Shown piece by piece: positions 63,801 through 64,000 of a stretch of DNA of 64,000 nt (positions are counted from its first letter, which is position 1; every line of letters starts with the position of its first letter). The stretch is from a virus (lineage: Duplodnaviria; Caudoviricetes). A model generated the notes under the pieces. That model saw only the letters and a program-made list of their open reading frames with translations, did not search any database and had not been told where the DNA came from. A program made the translations under genes and the position numbers. The stretch spans positions 96,001-160,000 of IMG/VR virus record IMGVR_UViG_3300028914_000059. The stretch is one strand, 5' to 3'.

Positions 63801-64000
63801 GTCAGACTGAAATAGTAGAAGATACTACTCTGTTGTGGAAAATATCAGCTGCCGGCAACTCTGCTTCTCACGGGTATCCTGCGCGTTCATTCTGGTCTAT
63901 GGAGAAGATAGCCCGAACACCGGATGCCTATGATGGTTATGCAGTTTCAGGATATGTAGCCTCTCAGGCAGAAAATACGTATCTGAACGGGAATTGTGAA
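60803..64000 (+). CDS. Very large hypothetical protein (partial, >1,060 aa)
   Basis: AAGGAGG RBS, MDSNEFMDRW..., frame read open to the window end; not in ORF track. Confidence 0.8.
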   Translation, partial: MDSNEFMDRWNNRPNIESDSVISLAKFMSEMDNKTEEVVTAIDPKVTTLQSSKAVADFVLDVKASDSWIEPIGIALSKGRDKFIETWRAYVSACSDITEEISDILPDSAADNLNATIAALMEKHGQAKKDTPVTDNLCTLFIKNCWAGCSPEICKAVDKIYLSTGNMTKTAFKALNRAVYDAFLAASNMPSESIVKRIDFGNANCRRGIINQTPVDIPGVGSVKTVAAYRHTISNLGMDEVQKNIHNATVHDGYLVWLEDSRCKAHTLLHLGKAPDSGIIVHTTSDYYHASTASSSITKPQKSKKELEERMKEVRAEITGQVAGVNWDKMSTILNVLEEMVDDTLTSIIREVIRPDHAIEDLVSIFFHLYADGTILRAGYMPTNKRKIPDLEKNPFCELFQRGLCIPINSNGQQIDRNSIVKSIIGLLITPVDKLRVGAGDVIGLKHIEDVAELVKVPVNTVRAAAFLFGVTYYDSLVCSRDTDTEGGSWGADSKYKYSQAVKFNVGLTNVIKSSGFMDLIAEGIEKSFNLLIAALNQVIFLPEKLPRSHGIALRRTLMSFPELLMFNVPELLKTTLHSVISPAMGILKDIGLKAAAEIAASDMAATSRKYRILFGLSNELVHLVIRQNRRDAGWEESMNAAIPYASMAAQFKHGTSFPINFKIYEDEPSKNLSLLRGTRYPDQEQETTDSVIDQMARHDTPPKLEFTNASNTALNMFGMVSKIASNLKAFYTKVESEIVKNVEDEQQKKAFHERIWSMYPAMETKPVLIINDTIGNLMFSTHYGGIIQKADRLVLEKEYCRARAALESAYYIVANSRPLVPAELPDKDKLWEDFIDDRCVVTDAMRNAINSNKKMVKPSLESGFGCKTFIARRRNHQTFNQAANRFCTELARAYGHLPRLGFPFQVVNDPIVELDKIYSRMTDSYSAVMTIAGPDATSLGRLPEIWAQEEGGPRVAMIPDLEIVDMTYSNEILEGRINAESHIESPRTQNRDTILVGLSQTEIVEDTTLLWKISAAGNSASHGYPARSFWSMEKIARTPDAYDGYAVSGYVASQAENTYLNGNCE

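Overview
This is a 64-kb slice of a large (jumbo-type) tailed phage genome in the standard genetic code. The host is probably Bacillota, inferred from strong AGGAGG Shine-Dalgarno (SD) sites, DnaA boxes and a gene cassette typical of Firmicutes phages. The left arm (- strand) carries baseplate and tail genes and a tandem array of glycine-zipper proteins with a shared N-terminal leader ending K-x-A; about 15 members of this family occur in the window. A DnaA-box/AT-rich origin-like region lies at the strand switch (14.8-15.8 kb). The + strand carries a dNMP kinase, a 4-kb tRNA/ncRNA operon, many small hypothetical genes, an AEP-like protein, a metallophosphoesterase, class II ribonucleotide reductase (nrdJ) with a mini-intein, thyX, HTH proteins and a >1,060-aa ORF running off the right end. 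Two promoter classes segregate by gene type: TTGACA-N17-TATATT for virion genes and T(T/A)AATT-N16/17-TATAAG with a GGTATAAG core for + strand genes. The most unusual signal is in non-coding RNA. (i) Several tRNA-shaped RNAs have no normal anticodon, including two 'double tRNAs' in which a circularly permuted tRNA is nested in the anticodon arm of another. (ii) tRNA scaffolds, hairpins and stand-alone small RNAs display sequences complementary to translation-initiation regions (anti-SD plus anti-AUG), and two of them match initiation regions of genes in this window. All structures were read by eye; no database search or folding program was run.
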